A DNA stretch of 32,000 nucleotides from Candidatus Hadarchaeales archaeon (GCA_038823825.1 JAWBCC010000001.1:120001-152000); one strand, 5' to 3'; shown: positions 8,553 to 18,838, counted from the stretch's first letter. Made by a program: numbers and translations. Notes: generated by a model from the sequence alone, not told the origin.

Positions 8553-9814
8553 AGCTTGTCGTGAAGCCTGCCGGCGAGATAAAGCCAAACTTCGAGATGT
8601 TGCCTTCAAAACTTCATACACAGCTGGCCAGTTCGCTGGCAATGCTCGCGAGAGGAAAAGTGGAAATTCGGTCACCTTTGCAAGTTTCCGACACGCGAGT
8701 AATTCTCAAAATTTTGGAGGATCTCGGTTTTCTAGTCAAGAAAAACCAGTCGTCTTGGACAATTTATCCCCCTGACAGGTTGACTCTCGTCAAAAAATCG
8801 ATCAGTGTTGGAGGATCAGCAACAGCTTTGGCGATGATATCGGCTGCTCTAAGCCTTTTTCAAGTTTCGATTGTGGTTTCTGGAGATTCTTCGCTCAGAG
8901 CAAGGAGGATGTCCGGTCTCCTTTCAGCATTTCATAAAATGGGGCTAGACGTTCATTCGACAAAAAAAGATGAAACACCGCCCTTCATCATTTTCGGTGG
9001 AGAAGTAAAAGGAGGAAGGATTTCGCTCACAGCCGAGGAAGTAAGATATCTGCCCGCGCTGGCGATTCCAGCTTGCGGGACCACAGAAGAAACCGTTTTC
9101 CAATTTCCACAAAAAGGAGCGCAGCCGTATGTAGAACCGGTTCTCGATGTCTTCGGCTCTGCACGTCTGAGAATCGAAAGCATGCGCGAAATATTGTCAT
9201 TTCCAAAGCAACTTGTTCCAGGATTCACGTACACGGTAAAAGAGGAGCTGTCAAGCTCTGCTCCTTTTGTAATTCTTTCTCTGCTCGGTGGCGAGGAAGT
9301 CAAAACGAAGCTAGGCAAAATCTCCGGAAGAGATCAGATATTTTTGTCCGCGCTCAGAAAGTTCGGCGTAAAAATCTCGCAAACCAAGCGCTCTATCTCC
9401 ATTTATCCCGGCAAACTGAGAGGCACCAATCTAGATATTTCACCAATCCCAGAACTGCTCCCGTTCTTCGCCTTATTTGCGTGCTTTGCGAAAGGTAGAA
9501 CAATCATCACAGGTATTGAGGCAGCCAAACAGTCGAAATCTAACAGAGCGGAGGCGATCTTTTCAGGCCTGAGGCGCATGGGAGCCGAAGTGATACTCTA
9601 CAAAGACAAGTTGATCGTCAAGGGACCATGTAAGCTGAAAGGAAGAGAAGTAGATGGGGCAAACGATTACGCCGTGACTGCAACTCTTGCAGTCGCAGGA
9701 GCTTTTGCAAATGGAGAAGTTTCGATAACAAACGGACCCGAGGCGTTGAAGCAAGCATATCCGAGCTTTATTTCCACACTTAAGCAAATGGGCGTAGAAA
9801 CATCATATATCTGA
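8549..9814 (+). CDS. EPSP synthase/enolpyruvate transferase-fold protein, divergent
   Basis: GDSSLRARRMSGLLSAFHKMG, ISPIPELLPFFALFACFAKGRTIITGI, VDGANDYAVTATLAVAGAFANGEVSI and YPSFISTLKQMG align to AroA-family landmarks, but several catalytic residues are replaced. Overlaps the upstream stop as ATGA. Confidence 0.78.
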   Translation: MKLVVKPAGEIKPNFEMLPSKLHTQLASSLAMLARGKVEIRSPLQVSDTRVILKILEDLGFLVKKNQSSWTIYPPDRLTLVKKSISVGGSATALAMISAALSLFQVSIVVSGDSSLRARRMSGLLSAFHKMGLDVHSTKKDETPPFIIFGGEVKGGRISLTAEEVRYLPALAIPACGTTEETVFQFPQKGAQPYVEPVLDVFGSARLRIESMREILSFPKQLVPGFTYTVKEELSSSAPFVILSLLGGEEVKTKLGKISGRDQIFLSALRKFGVKISQTKRSISIYPGKLRGTNLDISPIPELLPFFALFACFAKGRTIITGIEAAKQSKSNRAEAIFSGLRRMGAEVILYKDKLIVKGPCKLKGREVDGANDYAVTATLAVAGAFANGEVSITNGPEALKQAYPSFISTLKQMGVETSYI

Positions 9815-9818
9815 GTCA

Positions 9819-10334
9819 TCATGTTATTAAGTGTTTTCCCCTCTCACTGGGAATAATCTTCAGCTTCCAATTTGGAAAATCTCTTTCAAGTTCCTTGCCT
9901 TCAAAAAGTCTGTCGAGGAAAACGGCGAGTGCGGCCACCTCCGAGTGAGGCTGGTTTCCTATTGCTACGTTGTAGTCGGCGAGTTCGAAAACCTCTGCCG
10001 GAACCTTAGCTGCTCCAACAACGATCATTAGGTCCTGCTGGCGTAGTTCTTTGATCACGCTAGACACCGGAACACCATACATGGTCAGATGCACAATTTT
10101 TCCTTTCTTTTTCTTCCATTCCTCAATCTCTTTTTTCCAAGGAACTCCGCTCTTCACGAAAAAATTTCCACCCCATCTTTCCACGACTTCTGTTATGCTC
10201 TTCTCCACTTCTTCATCACGGATGTCAGCGATTATTATTCCGTCCGCTCCAAAGGCCCTTGCAACAAGTCCAACATGTGTTGTAACTCTTTTATCTCTCT
10301 CTGGCCTGTGGCCCAATCTCAGAACGACGATCAT
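9819..10334 (-). CDS. trm56: tRNA (cytidine-2'-O-)-methyltransferase aTrm56
   Basis: [80 protein letters not shown]. This is the archaeal aTrm56 SPOUT pattern. Confidence 0.92.
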   Translation of the reverse strand: MIVVLRLGHRPERDKRVTTHVGLVARAFGADGIIIADIRDEEVEKSITEVVERWGGNFFVKSGVPWKKEIEEWKKKKGKIVHLTMYGVPVSSVIKELRQQDLMIVVGAAKVPAEVFELADYNVAIGNQPHSEVAALAVFLDRLFEGKELERDFPNWKLKIIPSERGKHLIT

Positions 10335-11389
10335 GTATTCATCCTCAGAGTTTCGATCAAGGTGTCCAAATTTTCACCTTTAAGAGCTGAGATGGGGACA
10401 ACAGTTGAAGCCGCAGAGTTTAGGATTTTCAACTTCTCCTCAAGTTCTTCGGGGCTTTTCAGCAGATCTATTTTGTTCAAGGCAACCACGATTTTAGCAT
10501 CTAGATTCTCGAGAAACTGCATGCAAGCTTTATATTTTCTCATCATCTCGTGCACCGGGTCGCTTCCATCCAGAACCAGCAGTATAACATCGGCTAGATA
10601 AATCTCCTCGAGGGTGGCTTTAAAGGCCTCGACCACCATCGGTGGCATATCTTCGATGAATCCAACAGTGTCTGTCAGGAGAATTTTCGGGGATTTCTTT
10701 AAAGCTCTTGTTCGTGGGGCGAGAGTAGCAAAGTATTTATCGTCCACTTCTGCTCCACCTTCGGTCAGTGCGTTCAGCAGGGTCGATTTTCCAGAATTCG
10801 TATATCCCGCCAGCGTCACGAGTTTGAAACCTAGCTTTTTTCTTCTTTTCCTCAAGAGTTCCCTTCTTTTTTCAATGGTTGCGAGTTTCTTTCGAAGACT
10901 TACCAACCTTCGTTTTATAGCGTCATAGTGAACTTGAACCTCGTACTCTCCCCCTCCCATTCTACCCGGCTGCTCAACCGCAACTATTGATCTTATTCTT
11001 TCTCTTATCCTTGGGAGTTCATACTTGAGCTTGGCATACTCAACCTGAAGTTTCGCGTCGGGGGTTCCAGCACGCATGGCAAAGATCTCCAAAATCAGCT
11101 GGACTTTATCTAAAACCTCCACTCCCAATGCCTTGCTTAGGTTAAATGCTTGAGTTGGAGTCAGCTGATTAGCAAAGACAACCCTTTTCGCTCCATGAAG
11201 CTTTACTGCTCTTTCTATTTCTTTGACCTTACCTCTACCAATTTGATAAGCCGGGTCGGGCTCTCTAACCTGACTTATCTTTTCCACAACCTCATAACCA
11301 AGCGTTCTGGTTAAAGCCTCGATTTCCGGAAGCATTGAAAGCTGACCAGGATTTCTTCGTTCTACCAAGACGACTTTCATCAAATACAT
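10331..11389 (-). CDS. hflX: GTPase HflX
   Basis: HflX N-domain (GRGKVKEI; LSPTQ-like LTPTQAFNL; [12 protein letters not shown]) and G motifs [26 protein letters not shown]. Confidence 0.93.
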   Translation of the reverse strand: MYLMKVVLVERRNPGQLSMLPEIEALTRTLGYEVVEKISQVREPDPAYQIGRGKVKEIERAVKLHGAKRVVFANQLTPTQAFNLSKALGVEVLDKVQLILEIFAMRAGTPDAKLQVEYAKLKYELPRIRERIRSIVAVEQPGRMGGGEYEVQVHYDAIKRRLVSLRKKLATIEKRRELLRKRRKKLGFKLVTLAGYTNSGKSTLLNALTEGGAEVDDKYFATLAPRTRALKKSPKILLTDTVGFIEDMPPMVVEAFKATLEEIYLADVILLVLDGSDPVHEMMRKYKACMQFLENLDAKIVVALNKIDLLKSPEELEEKLKILNSAASTVVPISALKGENLDTLIETLRMNT

Positions 11390-11433
11390 CTTGGCTTTAT
11401 TATTGGAAATAGGTTAACTATTTTTGGTGTGGA

Positions 11434-13182
11434 GTGATGAGGAAAGCTGCGATTCTCGCGGTATTCATATTCTTGACTCTTCTTCCGGTACCGGTTCAGG
11501 CAAGAACAAACCTCATTTACTCGCTTTACCAAATAGAGCTTCTATCCCTAGAGGACACAAATGTGCTTGTTACAGAAACAATAAAATATCTGAACCTTGA
11601 CCAAACAATCTCTCTTTCTATTCAGAAAAGGATTCCAGCGAGAATGGTTGAGAACATTCAGGTGGTTGATGAAACGGGACCGCTTTCTTTTTCTTCGCGG
11701 AGTCTCGATAACTTTACAGAGATAACTTTTTCGACTAGGTGGATCGAGACGGGAAGAGAATATACCATTCGCATCTCTTATGTGCTCACAAAATGGGCTA
11801 AAGTCGCCGGTGGAAGTTATATCGTCAGTTTCTGGGGTCTGAAGGAGTTTGACTTTGACTGTCAGCAGTTTTTAATTAAGGTATATGGTCCTCCGGGTTA
11901 TGTACCATTTCTCTGCGATCTTTCGGCAACTTCGTTTAGGTCTCCTCCATCGTTTTTGTATTCAACAACGATTTCTCGCGGTCGGTCTTTTGCAGGTCTA
12001 ACAGCCATTTTTTCCAAACGAACATTTTACTCTATTTCGCTCGATTATGAAATAAACGCAGATGTCCGAAATTTGAGTTTAGACGTCATTCTTGTTAATC
12101 CTTATGTGGAATGGCAGTTTTCCTCGTTGGTTTCGGCAGATCCAATGCCCTCTGAAGTTTTTTTTGATAAAGATGGAAATCTCCATGGCGTTTTTAAATT
12201 TGTGAACCCGGAAGAAGTTTTTAGGCTTAGAATACAACTTTTCTTCGACGTTTCTGTTTACGATCCAGAAATAACATCGGAAAATGTGGAAGGAATATTC
12301 GAAATCCCACCGGAGCTAGCGGAGTTTCTTCTACCTACCGAATGGTGGCCATGTGATAACCCAACAATCTTGAGTATTGTAGAACAAATGACTCAAATGG
12401 AATCAAATTCTTTTTTGTTAGCCTCAGCTATCATGAAATTCGTTGAAGATAAGCTCTCTTACCAGCAGCAGGAGGTAAGGCGAGGCGTGTTCTGGTCACT
12501 GGAAAGTGGAATCGGTGACTGTAGCGAGTATACAGATCTCTTCATCACGTTGGCTAGGGCCTCAGGGCTTCCGGCAAGAGCTCTTTATGGTTGGGCTTAC
12601 ACGACCGAGAATTTTTCCCCTCATGCATTTGCTGAGATTTATCTTCCGATGGTAGGATGGCAGCCAGTCGATCCGAGCTGGGGAGATAGTCACGGAGACT
12701 ATTTCTGCAGGCTGGACTCCTCACATATTGTAAGATCAAGACGGGGAGTAAACGACTCAGAATCTTGGATAAATGTGAAATATGTTGGAAAGTCGGTTCA
12801 GATTTCTGAGAAAGTTTCAGAGGTGAAAATACTTTCGCCCGCCGAGGCTGCACAGTTGTACGTTCAATCCGCACGCACACATTTAGAGATTGCAAGGAAT
12901 CTAGCACGTGAGAATCGTGAACTCCTCGCCAAGATTTCAGAGGCCGAGCTCGAGTTAGCCTTGGCAGAAATCGCTTTAAATTTTGATGCCACCGTCCATC
13001 ATGCTAAAAGATCGGTGGAGCTTTCCAACGAGGTCATTCGAGCATGGAAACCTGAGACCCAATTTAGACAACTTTGGATTTTGCTGGTTGTTGGCTCTTT
13101 TCTTTTTGGGGTTTTATGCTTGATTGTCTCGTTTAAGTCTAGAAAACGTAAAGGCAGACGTTATCGGACAAGTTGTCTATGA
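11434..13182 (+). CDS. Secreted/membrane-anchored transglutaminase-like protein
   Basis: Signal peptide MRKAAILAVFIFLTLLPVPVQA. Transglutaminase core GDCSEYTDLFITLARASGLPARALYGW / HAFAEIYLPMVGW / VDPSWGD. C-terminal TM LWILLVVGSFLFGVLCLIV plus basic tail. ATG at 11437 is an alternative to GTG 11434. Confidence 0.85.
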   Translation: MMRKAAILAVFIFLTLLPVPVQARTNLIYSLYQIELLSLEDTNVLVTETIKYLNLDQTISLSIQKRIPARMVENIQVVDETGPLSFSSRSLDNFTEITFSTRWIETGREYTIRISYVLTKWAKVAGGSYIVSFWGLKEFDFDCQQFLIKVYGPPGYVPFLCDLSATSFRSPPSFLYSTTISRGRSFAGLTAIFSKRTFYSISLDYEINADVRNLSLDVILVNPYVEWQFSSLVSADPMPSEVFFDKDGNLHGVFKFVNPEEVFRLRIQLFFDVSVYDPEITSENVEGIFEIPPELAEFLLPTEWWPCDNPTILSIVEQMTQMESNSFLLASAIMKFVEDKLSYQQQEVRRGVFWSLESGIGDCSEYTDLFITLARASGLPARALYGWAYTTENFSPHAFAEIYLPMVGWQPVDPSWGDSHGDYFCRLDSSHIVRSRRGVNDSESWINVKYVGKSVQISEKVSEVKILSPAEAAQLYVQSARTHLEIARNLARENRELLAKISEAELELALAEIALNFDATVHHAKRSVELSNEVIRAWKPETQFRQLWILLVVGSFLFGVLCLIVSFKSRKRKGRRYRTSCL

Positions 13183-13229
13183 GAGCTAAAGCTATATTAC
13201 CGAGTTATGTAAGATAAACTGGGGATAGT

Positions 13230-14426
13230 TTGGCGGAAAAGAACACGCATGAAGAATACGTCACTGATTACATCCAAAGTTTGGAACAGAGAATAAGAGA
13301 ACTTGAGCGTGAGAAAAGGGAGTTCGAAGCCCGTTGCCTCAGACTGGAGAAGGAAATAGCCTCTTTGAGGAATGAGCTGAGAAGGCTGCAGACACCGCCT
13401 CTGCTAACCGCAACTCTAGTAGATCTTCTAGAGGATGGGAGGGCAATTGTCAGAAGCAGTGCAGGTCCGAGTTTCATAGTCCCAGTTCATGGATTTATAA
13501 ATCATAAAGATTTAAAGCCAGGCGCGCGCGTGGCACTGAATCAAAGAACCTATGCCGTGGTTGAGGTCCTCCCATCAAAAAAGGACCCCTATGTTTTGGG
13601 CATGGAAGTGGAAGAAGCGCCACAGGTTACCTATAACGACATAGGAGGACTGGAAGAGCAGATAAGGGAGATAAGGGAAGCTGTGGAGCTTCCGCTTCTC
13701 AAACCGGAGATTTTCAAGAAGGTAGGCATAGATCCGCCAAAAGGAATTCTTCTCTACGGAATGCCGGGAACCGGAAAAACATTGGTCGCTCGTGCGGTTG
13801 CTCACGAAACCAAAGCTACCTTCATAAGGTTAATAGGTTCTGAGTTGGTTCAGAAATACATCGGGGAGGGCGCAAGAATAGTTAGGGAGCTCTTCGATCT
13901 GGCAAGAGAAAAAGCTCCATCAATAGTCTTCATAGATGAGTTAGACGCAATCGGGGCAAGACGTCTAGACTCTGCCACTAGTGGAGACAGAGAGGTCTAC
14001 AGAACCTTCCTGCAACTTCTTGCGGAAATCGACGGCTTTGACCCCTGCGATAATGTGAAAATAATCGGCGCCACAAACCGTCCGGATATCTTAGATCCAG
14101 CCATTCTGAGACCAGGAAGACTGGATCGTCTAATTCACTTCCCACTCCCCGATGAGCAGGCAAGACTCGCAATCTTCCAGATTCACACGAGGAGAATGAA
14201 TCTAGGGAAATCCGTTAATCTTAAAAGGTTGGCCAAGTCCACAGCCGGAGCGACGGGTGCCGATATAAAAGCGATATGTACCGAGGCGGGAATGTTCGCA
14301 ATCAGAGAAGGGCGGGAAATAGTGGAAGAAGTAGACTTTGAAAAAGCTATTGCCAAAGTTCTCCCACCGAACAGATTGGAGATCTCTGATGTCGTTCCAA
14401 AACCGGAAAAAATGTATGGCTACTGA
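13230..14426 (+). CDS. pan: Proteasome-activating nucleotidase (PAN)
   Basis: N-terminal coiled coil; OB-like domain; [17 protein letters not shown] Walker A; [13 protein letters not shown] Walker B; [23 protein letters not shown]. Confidence 0.93.
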   Translation: MAEKNTHEEYVTDYIQSLEQRIRELEREKREFEARCLRLEKEIASLRNELRRLQTPPLLTATLVDLLEDGRAIVRSSAGPSFIVPVHGFINHKDLKPGARVALNQRTYAVVEVLPSKKDPYVLGMEVEEAPQVTYNDIGGLEEQIREIREAVELPLLKPEIFKKVGIDPPKGILLYGMPGTGKTLVARAVAHETKATFIRLIGSELVQKYIGEGARIVRELFDLAREKAPSIVFIDELDAIGARRLDSATSGDREVYRTFLQLLAEIDGFDPCDNVKIIGATNRPDILDPAILRPGRLDRLIHFPLPDEQARLAIFQIHTRRMNLGKSVNLKRLAKSTAGATGADIKAICTEAGMFAIREGREIVEEVDFEKAIAKVLPPNRLEISDVVPKPEKMYGY

Positions 14427-15832
14427 GAAAGGCGTTTCTCCAGAATATGCCTTATCTCTCTGGGGTCTCCTTTTCCTTTGATTTTTTTCATAACCACACC
14501 AACAAGAAAATCCAAGGCTTTTTCTTTTCCTTTTCGGTAATCTTCAACGGCTTTGTTTTCTTCTTGCAGGGTCTCTTCTATAGCCTTTAAAATTTCGCTG
14601 GCTTCAATAGCTAAAAAGCCCATCTCTCTCGCGATTTCCTTAGGATCTCCGGGCTCAACAACCATCTTGCGTAGAACCAGCTCTCCTTGCTCGGGAGTTA
14701 TTTCCCCAGATCTCACCATCTCAAGCAGTTTGGCGATATCATTGGGCGAAACTCTCAAATCTTTTGCTCTTAGCTTTAAGTAATTCAAAACTTTTTTCAA
14801 TCTCGTTCTAATCCAATTGGCTGCCAGAACCGAATCTGTTAGTTTGGCTACCTCTTCAAAGAAATCGGCAAGTTCTTTTTCACCCACGATAGCCTCAGCC
14901 ATCTCCTCTGTTATTCCGTACTGTCTAATCAATCTCTCCTTTCGCAGATGAGGAGCCTCAGGCATTTTCCTTCTTATTTCTTCAACCCATTGTTCATCGA
15001 TTATGAGTGGCATGATGTCTGGGTCAGGAATGTATCTGTAGTCCTCCTCGAACTCCTTAGTCCTCATCGGGACAGTAATCATTTGATTTTCAAGGTAAGC
15101 TCTGGTTTCTCTTGCCACAATTTCCTTTCTCTTGATCTTTTCACTTTGTCTCATTATCTCAAACTTCAGCGCTCTGTACGCCCCATGTACTGAGTTTATG
15201 TTTTTTATCTCAACCCTCCCGCCCCCCTCCATCGAGATGTTGACGTCAGTTCTCATCGCTCCTCCGGCCTCCGGTCTGACGACTCCTGTGTACTCAAGAG
15301 TACGCGTTAAAATTCTGAGAAATTCTCTTGCTTCTTCCGGTGATGAAATGTCCGGTTCTGTTACGATTTCGACCAGCGGTATCCCAGATCTATTGAAATC
15401 CACAGTTCCGTTCGCCGGATTATATTGACCTGGATCCTCTTCGATGTGTATTTCTCTTATGCGAACTCCGCTGAGATTTCCATCCTTGGCTATTGGCATG
15501 CTTGTTCTCTGATAGCCTGAAGGAAGATCGGGATAATCGTAGTGCTTACGCAATATATAAATCGGTTCTCCGGTTATCACTCGGCATCCGAGCATGAGCG
15601 CAATTTCTATCGCCGCATCTATTGCTTTCTTATTAGGTGGCATTGGTTTAGCTCCGGGAGTACCCGTACATATCGCACATATGTTTGTATTTGGAGGAAC
15701 ATCCTGGTAGTTTGTTGGACACTCACAGAATAGCTTCTGCTCGGTGGCCAGCTGTAAATGAACTTCAAATCCTATCTTTACATTCATCAAAGCAGAATCG
15801 CTTTTATCAGATATTAAATCTCTCCGCTTCAT
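14420..15832 (-). CDS. gatB: Asp-tRNA(Asn)/Glu-tRNA(Gln) amidotransferase subunit B
   Basis: [70 protein letters not shown]. The true start may be ATG at 15787 ([13 protein letters not shown]). Overlaps the PAN 3' end by 7 nt. Confidence 0.93.
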   Translation of the reverse strand: MKRRDLISDKSDSALMNVKIGFEVHLQLATEQKLFCECPTNYQDVPPNTNICAICTGTPGAKPMPPNKKAIDAAIEIALMLGCRVITGEPIYILRKHYDYPDLPSGYQRTSMPIAKDGNLSGVRIREIHIEEDPGQYNPANGTVDFNRSGIPLVEIVTEPDISSPEEAREFLRILTRTLEYTGVVRPEAGGAMRTDVNISMEGGGRVEIKNINSVHGAYRALKFEIMRQSEKIKRKEIVARETRAYLENQMITVPMRTKEFEEDYRYIPDPDIMPLIIDEQWVEEIRRKMPEAPHLRKERLIRQYGITEEMAEAIVGEKELADFFEEVAKLTDSVLAANWIRTRLKKVLNYLKLRAKDLRVSPNDIAKLLEMVRSGEITPEQGELVLRKMVVEPGDPKEIAREMGFLAIEASEILKAIEETLQEENKAVEDYRKGKEKALDFLVGVVMKKIKGKGDPREIRHILEKRLSQ

Positions 15833-16644
15833 TTGATAGCTCCGCGCGTGAGGCCCATTATCAGATACCTCTGGAAGATAAGAAAGACCACCAAAAGCGG
15901 AATCGAGGCTAGCAAAACGCCCGCAGCCAAAAGCGGATAATCTGGAGCTCTTCCGCCTATTCCGGCCAAAGTCGCTAAGCCATAGACGAGAGTCGTGTCA
16001 GGATACTCGAGCATGAAAGACGGAAGTATAAAGTCGTTGTATGGGACCAAGAACGCCATAAAGGCTATCACTCCTAGAGCCGGTTTTGCGAGGGGAAGTA
16101 TTACTTTTACGAAAGTCTTGAAGTGTCCGGCTCCGTCCATAATCGATGCTTCTACGAGTGTTTTCGGTATGGTATCCATGTATCCCTTTAAGAACCAAGT
16201 ATAGAACGGGACACTTGAACCCGCATAGATGAGTATCATTCCGGCCAAGTTAACTAAACCCAAGCTGCTCATTATCTTGTATATAGCGACCATTCCGACC
16301 AGCGAGGGGAACATTTGAGCAAAAAGCATAAAGGCAAGCATCTGTTTACGCCCGGCAAACTTCATAAAAGAGAAGGCGTATGCTGCCGGACATATCATCA
16401 CAAAGGTTAGAATTATCGTTCCAAGACAGATTATAGCCGTATTCACCGCCCAAAGGATGAAGTGCTGCTCACGGAATAACTTCACGAAGTTTTGGAAAGT
16501 TATGGATTCGGGCATAAGGCTCGGCGGTATGAACGTGCTTCTGAGAGAGGCCGTAAATATAAAGAAGACCGGGAACAACACGGCCAAAACGACGATGATC
16601 AGCATAAAATGACTGAGCAAAATTTCCAGCTTCTCTTTCTTCAT
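15829..16644 (-). CDS. malG: Sugar ABC transporter permease, MalG-like
   Basis: C-terminal EAA-loop region EASIMDGAGHFKTFVKVILPLAKP. MalG-type permease with several TMs. Confidence 0.88.
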   Translation of the reverse strand: MKKEKLEILLSHFMLIIVVLAVLFPVFFIFTASLRSTFIPPSLMPESITFQNFVKLFREQHFILWAVNTAIICLGTIILTFVMICPAAYAFSFMKFAGRKQMLAFMLFAQMFPSLVGMVAIYKIMSSLGLVNLAGMILIYAGSSVPFYTWFLKGYMDTIPKTLVEASIMDGAGHFKTFVKVILPLAKPALGVIAFMAFLVPYNDFILPSFMLEYPDTTLVYGLATLAGIGGRAPDYPLLAAGVLLASIPLLVVFLIFQRYLIMGLTRGAIK

Positions 16645-17522
16645 CTGACCACCTCTTTTGTGGCTCCAGTAATCTTGAGGTTTATGAAGGTCAGGCCGGC
16701 TAGGATGAAGAAGAGAATGACAGAGAAAGCCGCGGCTATAGCATAGAAGTGTCCTTCACCAAAGGCGAGCCTGTAGAAGTATGTTATCATTATGTCACTA
16801 CCTCCCGGGGCATTTGTAACTCCCGTCGGCGGTCCTCCCTCCGAAAGCATCCACACGACCGTAAAATTGTTGAAATGGAATGCGAATGTGAATATAAGAA
16901 TTGGGACTATCACAGACTTTAGAAGCGGAAGGGTAATTTTCCAAAATTTACGGATCTTACTTGCACCGTCAATTGCTGCGGCTTCATAGACACTCGGTGG
17001 AATGCTTTGGAGGCCTCCGAGGCAAGCACACATCATGAATGGAAAGGCGGTCCAAACATTCACAAGAAGTATTATCATCCTTGCTCCCCAGACGCTTTGA
17101 AATCCTCCCTTAAGGTAAAGGGACCAACTTGTTCCTAACAAACCTCTCCAAGCCATTATCGTTATCGTGGATGGAAGGGCCCAGGGGATTATCAGAAGAG
17201 TCCTGTAGATTGCCCTACCCTTGAGCTTAGGATTGTTCAGGATTATTGCGAGGACAAGTCCGATTGAGAATGCGATTCCAACTGAAAGAGCAGCGAACAA
17301 GAGGTTCCAACTGAAGACACCTAAGAAATATCTGGTGTAGCCTCCTTTGACGATCTCAGCGTAGTTCTGAAGTCCGACAAATTCGTAATGCGGATCATGA
17401 CCAGGACCCCAGTTTGTGAGGGAGATATAAATGTTGTATGTGCTGATGGCAAGGATCGCAAAGCTCATCCCTATGACCGCAGGGAGGATAAAAAGATATG
17501 CGCTTTTTTCTCCGATTTTCAT
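16641..17522 (-). CDS. malF: Sugar ABC transporter permease, MalF-like
   Basis: EAAAIDGASKIRKFWKITLPLLKSVIVPI EAA loop; SLTNWGPG N-terminal region. 4-nt overlap with malG. Confidence 0.88.
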   Translation of the reverse strand: MKIGEKSAYLFILPAVIGMSFAILAISTYNIYISLTNWGPGHDPHYEFVGLQNYAEIVKGGYTRYFLGVFSWNLLFAALSVGIAFSIGLVLAIILNNPKLKGRAIYRTLLIIPWALPSTITIMAWRGLLGTSWSLYLKGGFQSVWGARMIILLVNVWTAFPFMMCACLGGLQSIPPSVYEAAAIDGASKIRKFWKITLPLLKSVIVPILIFTFAFHFNNFTVVWMLSEGGPPTGVTNAPGGSDIMITYFYRLAFGEGHFYAIAAAFSVILFFILAGLTFINLKITGATKEVVR

Positions 17523-17526
17523 AACA

Positions 17527-18756
17527 TCACCTTCTCTTCGCTATCGACTCTTTCATCTGTTGCACAGCCTCCTCCAACGTGGATGCAGGATCCTGCCCTA
17601 GGACGATCATCTTCAGAGCGTTTGTCCAAGGCGTCCACACACTGTCCATTTCAGGGATTTTGGGCATTATTATTCCATTCTCTATCTGGGCGAGAACTAT
17701 TCTAACCTCTTCCTTATTTTCCATTTCAGCAAGCACATCAAGTCTGCTTGGGATTCTCCAGCCGGCCTGATGCAGAGTTCTTTGGGAATTTTCACTACTG
17801 AGGAATTTCGCAAGATTCATCGCTGTTTCAAAGTTCTTGGATTTTGGGTTGACCATGCAGACTTGAACCCCCACAAACGTTTTCGGATATTCTCCGTTCG
17901 GGAGCTTCGGAAAGTTTGATATCCTATAGGTTATTCCCGCTCTTCTTATTTCCTCGAAGGCCCAAGGTCCATCGATTATCACAGCCGCCCTGCCCGCTTT
18001 GAAATACTCACGCACCGAGTAGGGATTAAGAGTAGTATCTATCGGTAGGACACCGTCCTTTACCATTTGCTGGATGAATCGTGCGCCATCAATGGCGCCG
18101 GGATTTGCGAGTCCTATATTTTCAACATTCTCTTCATCCCCGAAAACATATGCCCCGTAGCCCGACATAATCGGAAAAGAGTAATAAGGATCGACATGTG
18201 GATAATAGAAACCAAAGAAGTCAGGTCTTCTCACGGATTTCGCATAATTGAGAAGGTCCTCCCAGTCTTCAAAAGTGTTCTCAACCAAGCCAGAATTGTA
18301 AATTAAAACTAAGCTCTCCATCAGGCATGGAAAACCCCATATCTTGTTTTCATATGTTACCGCAGAAAGAGCCTTTTCAAAGAATTTGCTTTTCTCGCTT
18401 TCGGGGAAATATTCGTCCGTGATTGGGGCGATAACGCCCATTTCTGCAAACTCTCCTATCCAGTCATGTGGACCGAGCAAAACATCTGGTCCCTTTCCGA
18501 TGGGAACACCAACTCGGTATCTCGATCTTAGATCTTCGATGTTTGCTACCCAGACAACTCTTACGGTGGTTCCTTCTTCTTTCTCAAAGATTTTGACGAG
18601 ATTCTCAACAGCTTCGACTTCGCTCCTGACTAATCCAATCCAGAGCGTGATTTCACCTCTGGGTATTAGCATTTGTCTAGTAGGGATGAGGATTACAAAA
18701 GCAACAACTGCAAGCAACATATATGTGAAGAGCCCAGGTGTTCGACTCAACCTCAC
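17527..18756 (-). CDS. malE: Maltose/maltodextrin-type ABC transporter substrate-binding protein
   Basis: N-terminal hydrophobic anchor followed by ITLWIGLVRSEVEAVENLVKIFEKEEGTTVRVVWV, GPDVLLGPHDWIGEFAEMGVIAPI, and AVIIDGPWAF. Likely GTG start. Confidence 0.85.
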   Translation of the reverse strand: MRLSRTPGLFTYMLLAVVAFVILIPTRQMLIPRGEITLWIGLVRSEVEAVENLVKIFEKEEGTTVRVVWVANIEDLRSRYRVGVPIGKGPDVLLGPHDWIGEFAEMGVIAPITDEYFPESEKSKFFEKALSAVTYENKIWGFPCLMESLVLIYNSGLVENTFEDWEDLLNYAKSVRRPDFFGFYYPHVDPYYSFPIMSGYGAYVFGDEENVENIGLANPGAIDGARFIQQMVKDGVLPIDTTLNPYSVREYFKAGRAAVIIDGPWAFEEIRRAGITYRISNFPKLPNGEYPKTFVGVQVCMVNPKSKNFETAMNLAKFLSSENSQRTLHQAGWRIPSRLDVLAEMENKEEVRIVLAQIENGIIMPKIPEMDSVWTPWTNALKMIVLGQDPASTLEEAVQQMKESIAKRR

Positions 18757-18838
18757 ACCAAAAAATATTCAAAAATTTCAATATTAACTTTTTTGGATTG
18801 AGAGAAATTAATAAATCCCAGTTCTGTGTAAAAATTAT
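18757..18838. promoter_or_regulatory. Divergent malE / malK promoter region
   Basis: 82 bp AT-rich spacer. aaattaataaat at 18805-18816 is about 28 nt upstream of the malK TTG start, and an AT-rich block at 18774-18789 is suitably placed for malE. Confidence 0.45.

Noticed and set aside
10089-10601. 170 aa plus-strand ORF opposite aTrm56 and HflX
   Set aside because: Antisense to two confidently identified genes; low-complexity Phe/Ser-rich translation with no family motif.
17527-18756. Lack of a lipobox Cys in the MalE-like protein as an anomaly
   Set aside because: The protein has an N-terminal hydrophobic anchor, and uncleaved-anchor archaeal binding proteins are known; not unusual enough.
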